A stretch of DNA of 29,077 nucleotides from Actinomycetes bacterium (GTDB lineage Bacteria > Actinomycetota > Coriobacteriia > Anaerosomatales > Anaerosomataceae): positions 1 through 29,077 of the forward strand of contig JAJZRZ010000001.1 of NCBI GenBank assembly GCA_021850085.1. Reading direction: 5' to 3'. The notes beneath the pieces are model-generated. The model searched no databases. It was not told the origin of the DNA and saw nothing but the letters and a program-made list of their open reading frames with translations. Made by a program: the position numbers and the translations under genes. Below are positions 10,797 through 18,173 of the stretch, piece by piece (positions within the stretch are counted from its first letter, which is position 1; each line of letters starts with the position of its first letter).

Positions 10797-12164
10797 CTAG
10801 TTACGCTGACGAATCTGGTTAGTCAGAGTCTGAATCTGATTGTAGACGTCGCGCTGTTCATTCATTAGCCGTTGTATCTTCTTCTCTGCATACATCACCG
10901 TCGTGTGATCTCGGCCACCGAACTCGCTCCCTATCTTCGGAAGAGAGGAATCTGTGAGTTCTCGAGCCAAATACATGGCGATCTGCCGAGGGAAAGCTAT
11001 CGACTGCGACCGCTTGTTGCCAACAAGTTCGTTCTTGCTGATCTGATAGTAACGGCAGACCTCTTGTTGGATCACCGAGATGGAAATCGGTTTTACGGAG
11101 CGCTCAGGGAAGATGTTCTTGAGTACGCTGTGCGCAAGATCGAGATCGATCGGGTGACGCGTGACGGAGCTGAAGGCGACAACGCGCAGGAGTGCACCCC
11201 ACAACTCCCGGATGTTGCTGGAGAAGCGTTCAGCTATCAGTGATAAGACATCATCGGGCACATCATGGCCCTCAGACTGCGCTTTACGCCGGAGGATCGC
11301 GATTCGTGTCTCCAGGTCGGGTGGCTGAATATCGGCCAGCAAGCCTCCACCGAACCGCGTGCGGAGCCGCTCTTCGATATCGCCGATTTCCGCGGGTGGA
11401 CGGTCGGAAGTCATAACTATCTGTTTACCAGCCTCACGGAGTGTGTTGAATGTGTGGAAGAACTCCGTTTGGGTCCCCTCTTTGCCGGCTATGAACTGGA
11501 TGTCGTCCACGAGTAGAAGGTCGTTCTCCCGGTAAGACCTACGGAAACCCTCGATACGGTTCTTATCTCGAACCGAATCAATGAAGTCGTTCGTGAATTG
11601 CTCGCTAGATACGTACTTCACCTTCATATAAGGGTAGGCCGAACGCACGTATGCGCCGATGGCCTGAAGAAGATGTGTCTTTCCCAACCCCGCCCCACCA
11701 TATATGAACAGAGGGTTATAGGCAGATCCGGGAGCTTCAGCCACCGCAAGCGCCACATGGTAAGAGAACTGGTTGGATGGGCCTACGACGAATGAATCGA
11801 ACACATATTTGGGGTTCAGTTCGGTTTCTTCCGCGCGGCTCTTCACTTTAGGTTCCGCTACTTCGGCGAACACCACCTGCTCGACCGCCTGCTGGATGGG
11901 CGTTTCGATGAGGGGGTCACCAGAAACACTGAACCGGACCTCCATAGGCGCACCTGTCACCTGTGTTAGGGCTGATGCAAGGAGACCTGAGTACCTGGTC
12001 TTGAGCCAGTCGCGGGCGAAATCGTTTTGAACCGAGACGACCAGCTCCTGATCGATGATACCGAGCGGCGCGGTCTGTTCGAACCAGGTTTTGAATGTGG
12101 GGGTGTTCAACTCCTCACGGACGACATCAAGCGTCTTCTGCCAAACCTGTTGAGCATCAAGCAT
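10797..12164 (-). CDS. dnaA: Chromosomal replication initiator DnaA
   Basis: NPKYVFDSFVVG, Walker A GGAGLGKT, Walker B LLVDDIQF, RLRTRF, domain IV FGGRDHTTVMYA. Confidence 0.99.
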   Translation of the reverse strand: MLDAQQVWQKTLDVVREELNTPTFKTWFEQTAPLGIIDQELVVSVQNDFARDWLKTRYSGLLASALTQVTGAPMEVRFSVSGDPLIETPIQQAVEQVVFAEVAEPKVKSRAEETELNPKYVFDSFVVGPSNQFSYHVALAVAEAPGSAYNPLFIYGGAGLGKTHLLQAIGAYVRSAYPYMKVKYVSSEQFTNDFIDSVRDKNRIEGFRRSYRENDLLLVDDIQFIAGKEGTQTEFFHTFNTLREAGKQIVMTSDRPPAEIGDIEERLRTRFGGGLLADIQPPDLETRIAILRRKAQSEGHDVPDDVLSLIAERFSSNIRELWGALLRVVAFSSVTRHPIDLDLAHSVLKNIFPERSVKPISISVIQQEVCRYYQISKNELVGNKRSQSIAFPRQIAMYLARELTDSSLPKIGSEFGGRDHTTVMYAEKKIQRLMNEQRDVYNQIQTLTNQIRQRN

Positions 12165-12179
12165 GATCAGTCTCGCTCC

Positions 12180-13001
12180 TTATCGCTTGAGAAGAGCATC
12201 CAAGCAACGAACGCCGTGGTCGGTAAGCATCCGTTTACCTGCTTCATCCGCCGAAATGAGCCCAAGGAGCGTCAGTTGCTCAAGATCACGGTAAGCCGTT
12301 GACAGTCCCACCTTGAGCTCGCGCGACACGACAGTCGGTCCCACAGAGCCTAGTTCCATAGCCAAAGAAAGCACCTGTTTCTGCCGAAGGTTGAGGGCGG
12401 GAGGCTCGTAATCGTCGACGACCGGCTCAAGGATGGTCTCCACACGCTGCCATTCCGATGGTTGGTCGACTCTCAAAGTGACCACCGTACCACCACCAAG
12501 GTTGTCATCGACCTCGATCGTCCCCCCAGAGAAAGTAAGACACTCCCTCGCGACCGGCAGGCCTGAACCAACCCCACGGATCACCTGCTTCATATCCTCG
12601 GTGGCCGTCGAAAAGCCAGGCAGGAACGCACGCTCCTTATCTTGAATCCCCGGACCTTGGTCCGCGAAGCGGACGACACACCCTGACTCCAGGACGCTCA
12701 CCACCACCTCATCAAAACCGGCATGGATGAAGTTCTCCACAACCTCACGGATGACCATGTATGGAATCTGGCCACCACCATCGCGAGAGAGCTGGTACGT
12801 GCGAGCCGCGACAGCTTCGATCAACTCTCGCTCAGACCTGGCGCCAACCCGCTCAACACGCGGCGGAGCGGTCATCGCATCGTATATCGCTATCAATGCG
12901 GGTGTGGGGGCTATAGGCTCACCACCGTCGCTGCCGACGCCTGGGATAACCGTTGACACACTGGCACCGGCCACCTCAGGCCCGCTGTAGAAGGTCTCCA
13001 C
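12180..13001 (-). CDS. Uncharacterised GHKL/HATPase-fold ATP-binding protein with a C-terminal winged helix-turn-helix
   Basis: N-box REVVENFIHA, G1 DQGPGI, F-box PGFST, G2 RGVGSGL, G3 GGGTVVTL. C-terminal RQKQVL...VSRELKVGLSTAYRDLEQLTLLGLI HTH. Probable start GTG 13001 behind AGGGGG (the ORF track starts at 13079). Confidence 0.85.
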   Translation of the reverse strand: METFYSGPEVAGASVSTVIPGVGSDGGEPIAPTPALIAIYDAMTAPPRVERVGARSERELIEAVAARTYQLSRDGGGQIPYMVIREVVENFIHAGFDEVVVSVLESGCVVRFADQGPGIQDKERAFLPGFSTATEDMKQVIRGVGSGLPVARECLTFSGGTIEVDDNLGGGTVVTLRVDQPSEWQRVETILEPVVDDYEPPALNLRQKQVLSLAMELGSVGPTVVSRELKVGLSTAYRDLEQLTLLGLISADEAGKRMLTDHGVRCLDALLKR

Positions 13002-13019
13002 ACCCACCCCCTGACCAAT

Positions 13020-13556
13020 CCATTCACAGAAGCATCCACATAACCCACAAGTGACGACCTTACGAAAACACCTGTTCAAGCCCGTATCCAGAAGCCTCGC
13101 GTACCACTTGAGCCGTCAAGCCTGACATACGGTGAACAGCGGCTTTCCTCTCTATCCACAAGACTTTCCACACCTGTGGATAGACTTTCCATCACGCGAA
13201 CCGAACACACATCGAACAAGCAGGTAGAGACCCCAACGGCATTGAAAAGTGCTTTCCGGACACCTAGGAGCGGTAGAGAGATGGTTGGCCCCTGTGGAAA
13301 CAATGGAAATGCTGTCAAGAGGTGATCGACTGACCTGAGCAGCGCTGTGGATAACGAACAGGAACCACCGAGCTTCATCTGTGTACGCCAGACACATGGC
13401 AGTTCTTAGCTGCGCTTTTGCCACGAAAGATGGTACAAATACGACCAAGAGAACGGAGCTGATTGTAGCAAAGCGTACCAGCGCCCAACAACGAGGCGGA
13501 ACCGGTTATCCACAGGGTCGACACGCTTGATTCCTGCGTTTTCCACATTGTCCACA
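13020..13556. promoter_or_regulatory. oriC: Large DnaA-box cluster (upstream origin/regulatory segment)
   Basis: Perfect TTATCCACA at 13506-13514 (+) and 13346-13354 (-). Abutting TTTTCCACA 13539-13547 and TTGTCCACA 13548-13556. One-mismatch boxes at 13152-13160, 13164-13172, 13175-13183 (-) and 13293-13301 (-). Degenerate boxes at 13020, 13032 and 13041. Confidence 0.9.
13462..13470 (-). promoter_or_regulatory. Candidate extended -10 promoter (TGCTACAAT) for the GHKL-HTH/dnaA operon
   Basis: TG-C-TACAAT on the minus strand, flanked by perfect DnaA boxes at 13506 and 13346. No convincing -35 element. Confidence 0.5.
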
Positions 13557-13599
13557 GATTTGCGGGTTTTTTCGGCGCACTCCCCCAAGCATCAAGACA

Positions 13600-13906
13600 C
13601 CATCCGCTCCCGCGACTATCGCCGATCCACCTCCTCGGGTCGACGGGGGCGAGTGTCTCGAACCGCGCAAGGAGCACGTCTTTGGCTCTCTTCTCGATGT
13701 CATCACGCGTTAGCAGGCGGGAACGGCAGATGTGCCACGATGTCTTCAAGCGCGGCGAAGCTCCATCTGGTGCCGGGGTGGACCCGTATCTGGCTCTTGA
13801 GCAGCACGCCGGGCTCGGTGGTCTCTCGGCCTTTGAGCGAGGTTCTGACTCGGTCCGGCGTAAGAATGAGGTCGATGGTGGCCACAGACATCGTGGAGAG
13901 CAGCTC
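13600..13906 (-). pseudogene. Possible frameshifted gene remnant
   Basis: GC3-rich codons in one frame (IELLSTMSVATIDLILT...EDIVAHLPF) continue in the +1 frame (RLLTRDDIEKRAKDVLLARFETLAPVDP) after a C run near 13720. Both ends are uncertain. Confidence 0.3.
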
Positions 13907-13926
13907 GATTACACACTAGCCAAGAG

Positions 13927-13974
13927 GAATTGCACTAACTTTGGCAATTCGGGGCATTCCTGGTGAGGCAACTC
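13927..13974. repeat. Inverted repeat plus half-site array upstream of the rpmH promoter
   Basis: GAATTGC (13927-13933)-N10-GCAATTC (13944-13950). Related direct copies GGCAATTC 13943, GGCATTCC 13953 and GGCAACTC 13967. Confidence 0.45.
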
Positions 13975-13978
13975 GGTT

Positions 13979-14008
13979 TTGACATGTCTGGTAGTGCGCC
14001 GCTATAAT
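13979..14008 (+). promoter_or_regulatory. Consensus housekeeping-sigma promoter for the rpmH operon
   Basis: TTGACA 13979-13984, 18-nt spacer, TATAAT 14003-14008; GGAGG SD before rpmH. Confidence 0.85.
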
Positions 14009-14061
14009 CACCGAGCTTGTGCCCGGCTTTACGCCGGCGCCTCGACACGGAGGATTGAGAC

Positions 14062-14205
14062 GTGAAGCGTACGTACCAACCGAACAACCGTAAGCGGGCA
14101 AGAACCCACGGGTTCCGTAAGCGGATGTCCACGAAAGCGGGCCGCGCCATCCTGGCGGCTCGTCGCCGCAAGGGCCGCAAGATTCTGTGCCCGAGCGCCG
14201 CGTAG
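14062..14205 (+). CDS. rpmH: 50S ribosomal protein L34 (absent from the ORF track, 47 aa)
   Basis: GTG 14062 to TAG 14205: [47 protein letters not shown]. Confidence 0.98.
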   Translation: MKRTYQPNNRKRARTHGFRKRMSTKAGRAILAARRRKGRKILCPSAA

Positions 14206-14229
14206 GTGCAATGGCGGCCGAGGGCCGAC

Positions 14230-14559
14230 ATGCGGACGATAACCGCACCGAAAGAGATAGACCGGCTGTTCGCCGGAGGGCGCCGGGTATCACACCCGGC
14301 GCTTCTTGTCTTGGCGCTTCCCACACCTGAAGCACGTGATCCGGGCGGGCGCGTGCTTTTCATCGCGGGCACTCGGTTGGGGGGTGCCGTGACACGGAAC
14401 CGCTCGAAACGGGTCTTACGGGAGAGTGTTCGACGTGTGGGAGGGTCATGGCCAGGGTGGGACGTCGCCCTGATAGCGCGCGCTGGTACTGAGGGTGTGT
14501 CCACAGGCGACCTGGATGCAGCTGTGAGGTACGCACTCAAGTCACTCGGCATCATCTGA
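14230..14559 (+). CDS. rnpA: Ribonuclease P protein component
   Basis: RNR motif [20 protein letters not shown]; follows rpmH. Start is ATG 14230 or GTG 14206. Confidence 0.93.
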   Translation: MRTITAPKEIDRLFAGGRRVSHPALLVLALPTPEARDPGGRVLFIAGTRLGGAVTRNRSKRVLRESVRRVGGSWPGWDVALIARAGTEGVSTGDLDAAVRYALKSLGII

Positions 14560-14780
14560 TGAGAAACTCTTTGGCCATCGCGGTGAGTTGGATCATCAGA
14601 GGCTACCAGCTCCTGATATCTCCGCTCCTACCACCCTCGTGCCGGTTCACACCCACGTGCTCGACGTATGCGCTGCTGGCGATTGAGCGGCATGGTCTCA
14701 TCAAGGGCGGCTGGATGGCGCTGAGGCGCTTGGTGCGCTGTCATCCATGGAACCAAGGAGGGCACGACCCTGTGCGGTGA
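14559..14780 (+). CDS. yidD: Membrane protein insertion efficiency factor YidD
   Basis: YQLLISP...[11 protein letters not shown]...RCHPW..GGHDPV; TGATG overlap with rnpA. Confidence 0.95.
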   Translation: MRNSLAIAVSWIIRGYQLLISPLLPPSCRFTPTCSTYALLAIERHGLIKGGWMALRRLVRCHPWNQGGHDPVR

Positions 14781-14898
14781 GCACGACTTGGTTGGCGTAG
14801 TATAGTGTGTGGACTGAAAGGGACCCCCCGACACCCGCTCGGGAGTGGATGGAATAAGACCAAGTATCGCACGCCTCACCTGAGGAGGTTGGGATTCC

Positions 14899-15618
14899 GT
14901 GCTCGAACCAGTCGAAGAACTGCTCTTCTCGGTCCTACAATGGCTCTACGGCCTCTTGGGCGACTATGGACTTTCGATCATCGGCATCACGATCCTGATC
15001 CGAATCCTTCTACTGCCCTTGACTATCAAGCAGACGAAGTCCTTGTACGAACTTCAGCGCATTCAACCCAAGATCAAAGCTCTTCAGGAGAAGTACAAGA
15101 ACAACAAGGAGAAGTTGCAGGAAGAGACCCTTAAGTTCTACACCGAGAACAAAGTGAACCCCTTCGGCGGATGCCTGCCGATGCTTCTCCAGATGCCAGT
15201 CTTCTTCGCTCTGTTCAACATGCTTGGCACAACAGGGACCGAACCAGGGCTCTTTCCCCGTTACATAGACTCCCTCTCCGAGACTGCGGCCCAACAAGCA
15301 TCCAGATTCTGGATCATATTGCCAGATATTACCAAGTCCGCCGGCCAGGTCTTCAGTAATGAAGGGGTACTGCCCGCGCTCCCCTACATCATCTTCGTGC
15401 TGTTGTTCGGCCTGAGCACTCTCCTGCCACAATTGATGCAACCGGGGGTTCAGGCACAGCAGAAGCAGATCGCGTTCTTGATGGGGGGAATGATGCTGTT
15501 CTTCGGTTGGACGGTATCAGGGGGAGTCGTCCTCTACTGGGTCACCCAAGGTATGCTCGGCGTGATTCAGCAACAGGTGCAGATGCAGCTCTATAAGGGC
15601 CAGGAGGAGCACGTATGA
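14899..15618 (+). CDS. yidC: YidC/Oxa1 membrane protein insertase (short Gram-positive type)
   Basis: IRILLLPL..KQ..S, LQPKIKALQEKYK, NPFGGCLPMLLQMPVFFALF, LYW; AGGAGG SD. Confidence 0.95.
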   Translation: MLEPVEELLFSVLQWLYGLLGDYGLSIIGITILIRILLLPLTIKQTKSLYELQRIQPKIKALQEKYKNNKEKLQEETLKFYTENKVNPFGGCLPMLLQMPVFFALFNMLGTTGTEPGLFPRYIDSLSETAAQQASRFWIILPDITKSAGQVFSNEGVLPALPYIIFVLLFGLSTLLPQLMQPGVQAQQKQIAFLMGGMMLFFGWTVSGGVVLYWVTQGMLGVIQQQVQMQLYKGQEEHV

Positions 15619-16358
15619 TCAATGAAGTCACCACGGAGGGCCCGACTGTTGCTGAAGCGCTTGATGCTGCCTTGGATGAAATGGGTGTTCAGCAGGACGC
15701 CGTAGAGTTTGAGGTTCTCAATGAGGCAAGTAAAGGGCTTCTTGGCGCGGGAGGGAAACCCGCGCGTGTTCGTGTTTGGCTCAAGCCAACAACCGTCGAC
15801 GTCGTGTCTGGTAACGAAAATGGGGAGCTAACGGATGACCGGCCGGAGATCCAACAAGCATCTGAGGACTCCACGCCTGGCGGAATGTATCTGACAGAAG
15901 ATGAGCTGGATGCGATTGCGGACGCAGGGGTGACGGCCATCCAGGATATCCTACTCAATCTTGGGATCGAAGCTGAGGTTGAGGAGTACGAGGGGGATGA
16001 GGGGGAGATAATCTTGGATATCGTGGGTGACGACCTTGGCCTCCTCATCGGTCGGCACGGTCGGACGCTCGACGCGCTACAGATACTGGTCTCCGCTATC
16101 GCCAATAGGCGTCTTGATCAGCGCCACCCGCTCGTGGTTGATGTGTCCGGCTATCGGCACCGGCGCCGGATGAAGCTCGAAGAGATTGCTCGCAGGGCTG
16201 CAGATCGCGCGTCACGCCAGCGCCGTCCGGTCGCACTGCGCCCGATGACCAGTTTTGAGCGCCGCGTTATCCACATGCTGCTCCGGGATGACCGTCGTGT
16301 CGTCACTGAGAGCGAGGGAGACGAGCCGCGCCGTATGGTGGTTGTCCACCCAAGGTAG
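15615..16358 (+). CDS. jag: Jag/EloR/KhpB RNA-binding protein (Jag-N, KH, R3H)
   Basis: GPTVAEALDAAL N-domain, KH LIGRHGRTLDALQ, R3H FERRVIH; ATGA overlap with yidC. Confidence 0.93.
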   Translation: MINEVTTEGPTVAEALDAALDEMGVQQDAVEFEVLNEASKGLLGAGGKPARVRVWLKPTTVDVVSGNENGELTDDRPEIQQASEDSTPGGMYLTEDELDAIADAGVTAIQDILLNLGIEAEVEEYEGDEGEIILDIVGDDLGLLIGRHGRTLDALQILVSAIANRRLDQRHPLVVDVSGYRHRRRMKLEEIARRAADRASRQRRPVALRPMTSFERRVIHMLLRDDRRVVTESEGDEPRRMVVVHPR

Positions 16359-16376
16359 CCATCAACTCGTTGCTAC

Positions 16377-16407
16377 AGGAGGCCCGGCGAGATCGCCGGG
16401 CCTCCTT
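16377..16407 (+). terminator. GC-rich hairpin after jag, probable intrinsic terminator without a U-tract
   Basis: GGCCCGGCGA (16381-16390) pairs with TCGCCGGGCC (16393-16402), extended by AGGA/TCCT across a 1-nt bulge; begins 18 nt after the jag stop. Confidence 0.55.
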
Positions 16408-16533
16408 GCGTTATCCCGCTTAGCCGCTCACATCCGTCGCTTGGCGCCGGGGGGCACAAGCCAACAGAAAACCTCAATCCAATGTCCAGACTCCCTGAAG
16501 CATGGCCTTCAGACAGAAGTCATGCGAGCTGAG

Positions 16534-16549
16534 CGTTTCACGTGAAACC
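16534..16549. promoter_or_regulatory. parS: parS site (near consensus)
   Basis: CGTTTCACGTGAAACC, with a 14-bp palindromic core. Confidence 0.9.
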
Positions 16550-16583
16550 AATACCCTTGTCAGCGAGTGCTCAGCAAGCGAAA

Positions 16584-17321
16584 ATGTTTCACGTGAAACA
16601 CCACACGAGAATCCTTACTCCAGCGTGGGTTACAGCAGGTGCGGCCGAGGTGGGGGTATCGATCACCGCTTGGCAGGCGCAGCAGTTGGTTCGCCACGCC
16701 CACTTGGTTCTCGAATGGAACTCGTCGCGTAACCTCACACGGATAGTGGACCCGGATGACGTCTGTGTCCTCCACGTCGTCGATTCACTGGCGTTCTTGC
16801 CCCACTTCCCCCAGTTGCGAGGACGGATGATCGATCTCGGTTCCGGTGCAGGATACCCCGGCATTCCACTGGCGATTCTGGGACATGATGTGACGTTGTG
16901 TGAGTCGGTCCAGAAAAAGGCGGCTTTCCTTGAGCACGCAGTAGTCGCTCTCGGGCTACAGACCTGGGTGTTCGCTGGCAGGGCTGAGGACCTGGCTCGC
17001 ACGCAACCCGGTACATTCGACGTGGTGGTCGCACGCGCGGTGAGCTCCCTCGCCTCCCTCACTGAACTCGCCGCACCACTTCTCAGAGAGGGTGGGCACC
17101 TGGTTGCGCTCAAGGGCGTTCCAGACGCGGCGGAGTACGAACGGGGCAGGGCGGCCGGCGCTAGCGTTGGCATGCAAGAAATCGCACGAAAGCGCTATGT
17201 GCTCCAACGCGGAGAAGAGAGAACAGCCGTTCAGTATCTCCGCCAGGGACCGGTCCAAGTCAGGCTTCCACGGCGTGCGGGTATGGCTCAGCGGCATCCG
17301 CTGGGGGCAGCGGCCCCTTAA
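16584..17321 (+). CDS. rsmG: 16S rRNA m7G527 methyltransferase RsmG (GidB)
   Basis: NLTRI, HVVDSL, SAM motif DLGSGAGYPGIPL, VVVARAV. Start uncertain (16542, 16584 or later). Confidence 0.95.
   Translation: MFHVKHHTRILTPAWVTAGAAEVGVSITAWQAQQLVRHAHLVLEWNSSRNLTRIVDPDDVCVLHVVDSLAFLPHFPQLRGRMIDLGSGAGYPGIPLAILGHDVTLCESVQKKAAFLEHAVVALGLQTWVFAGRAEDLARTQPGTFDVVVARAVSSLASLTELAAPLLREGGHLVALKGVPDAAEYERGRAAGASVGMQEIARKRYVLQRGEERTAVQYLRQGPVQVRLPRRAGMAQRHPLGAAAP
16585..16600. promoter_or_regulatory. parS: parS site (perfect consensus)
   Basis: TGTTTCACGTGAAACA, a perfect 16-bp palindrome, about 0.8 kb upstream of parA. Confidence 0.95.
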
Positions 17322-17346
17322 CGAATCGGTGGGAGTCCCGTATACT
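17318..17346 (+). promoter_or_regulatory. Candidate parAB promoter
   Basis: TTAACG 17318-17323, 17-nt spacer, TATACT 17341-17346; a GGGAGTC direct repeat flanks the -10 element. Confidence 0.45.
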
Positions 17347-17360
17347 GACCGGGAGTCTAC

Positions 17361-18173
17361 ATGGGAGGAGGGGGTGTGGTGGAAGACAAGGGCCGCTCAC
17401 GGGGACCGGCGCTGGCATTCGTGCTGGCTGTCGTCAACCAGAAGGGCGGCGTGGGCAAGAGTACGACAGCCGTGAATCTCGCCGCGACACTTGCCGATGA
17501 GGCGCATAAAGTCCTGCTGGTCGACCTTGATCCACAAGGCAATGCCACCTCAGGTTATGGTCTCGACAAGAATCAGCGTGAGGAATGCGTGTACGACGCC
17601 CTCTTGGGCGACGTCCCGATTGAGCAGCTGATCGAGCCAGTGGGCGTCCAGGGCGTTTTCATCATCCCTTCCACCATCCAGCTTGCTGGGGCAGAAATCG
17701 AGTTGGTATCCGCTTTCAGCCGCGAGTCGAAGCTGAAGCAGGTCCTCGCTCCGGTCTTGGATGATTTCGATTTCGTCATCATCGACTGCCCGCCATCCTT
17801 GGGCCTTCTCACGATTAACGCCTTGACTGCGGCGGACGGCGTTCTGATTCCCGTGCAGTGCGAGTACTACGCACTCGAGGGCCTCACTAAGCTTCTGGAG
17901 AGCGTGCGACTGGTCAAGACCCATCTCAATCAAGGTCTCGAGGTTTTCGGTGTCGTGATGACCATGTTCGATTCACGCACCAAGCTCTCGCAGCAGGTGG
18001 TAAGTGAGGTGCGCGATTTCTTCGGGGAGCAGGTTTTCCAAACCCTGATTCCTCGGAGTGTGAGGTTGTCCGAGGCTCCGAGCTTCGGGTTGCCCGTGAC
18101 GCTATACGATCCTACCGGTCGTGGTGCGACCGCATATCAGCAGTTGGCTAAGGAGGTGATCTCCCGTGTCTAA
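17361..18173 (+). CDS. parA: Chromosome partitioning ATPase ParA/Soj
   Basis: Deviant Walker A NQKGGVGKSTT, VDLDPQGNAT, IIDCPPSLG, PVQCEYYALEGL, IPRSVRLSEAPSFG. Confidence 0.97.
   Translation: MGGGGVVEDKGRSRGPALAFVLAVVNQKGGVGKSTTAVNLAATLADEAHKVLLVDLDPQGNATSGYGLDKNQREECVYDALLGDVPIEQLIEPVGVQGVFIIPSTIQLAGAEIELVSAFSRESKLKQVLAPVLDDFDFVIIDCPPSLGLLTINALTAADGVLIPVQCEYYALEGLTKLLESVRLVKTHLNQGLEVFGVVMTMFDSRTKLSQQVVSEVRDFFGEQVFQTLIPRSVRLSEAPSFGLPVTLYDPTGRGATAYQQLAKEVISRV

Noticed and set aside
13375-13749. 124-aa and 66-aa minus-strand ORFs through the DnaA-box cluster (LWTMWK and CGQCGK peptides)
   Set aside because: The Trp/Cys patterns are just translations of TGTGGA DnaA boxes, not a zinc finger.
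13916-14335. 139-aa minus-strand ORF whose TAG is in frame with the 13891 ORF, raising the idea of pyrrolysine read-through
   Set aside because: It is antisense to rpmH and its promoter, the codons before the TAG are AT-rich and non-coding-like, and there are no pyl genes in the window to support recoding.
14781-14898. yidD-yidC spacer with TATAGT (14801-14806) and a short hairpin
   Set aside because: May be an internal promoter, but there is no -35 or extended -10 support, so it is too weak to call.
16359-16533. Absence of mnmE/mnmG between jag and rsmG; possible ncRNA in the gap
   Set aside because: Lack of mnmEG here is normal for Actinobacteria. The gap holds only a terminator-like hairpin and a weak 6-bp stem (16495-16512), with no recognisable RNA family.
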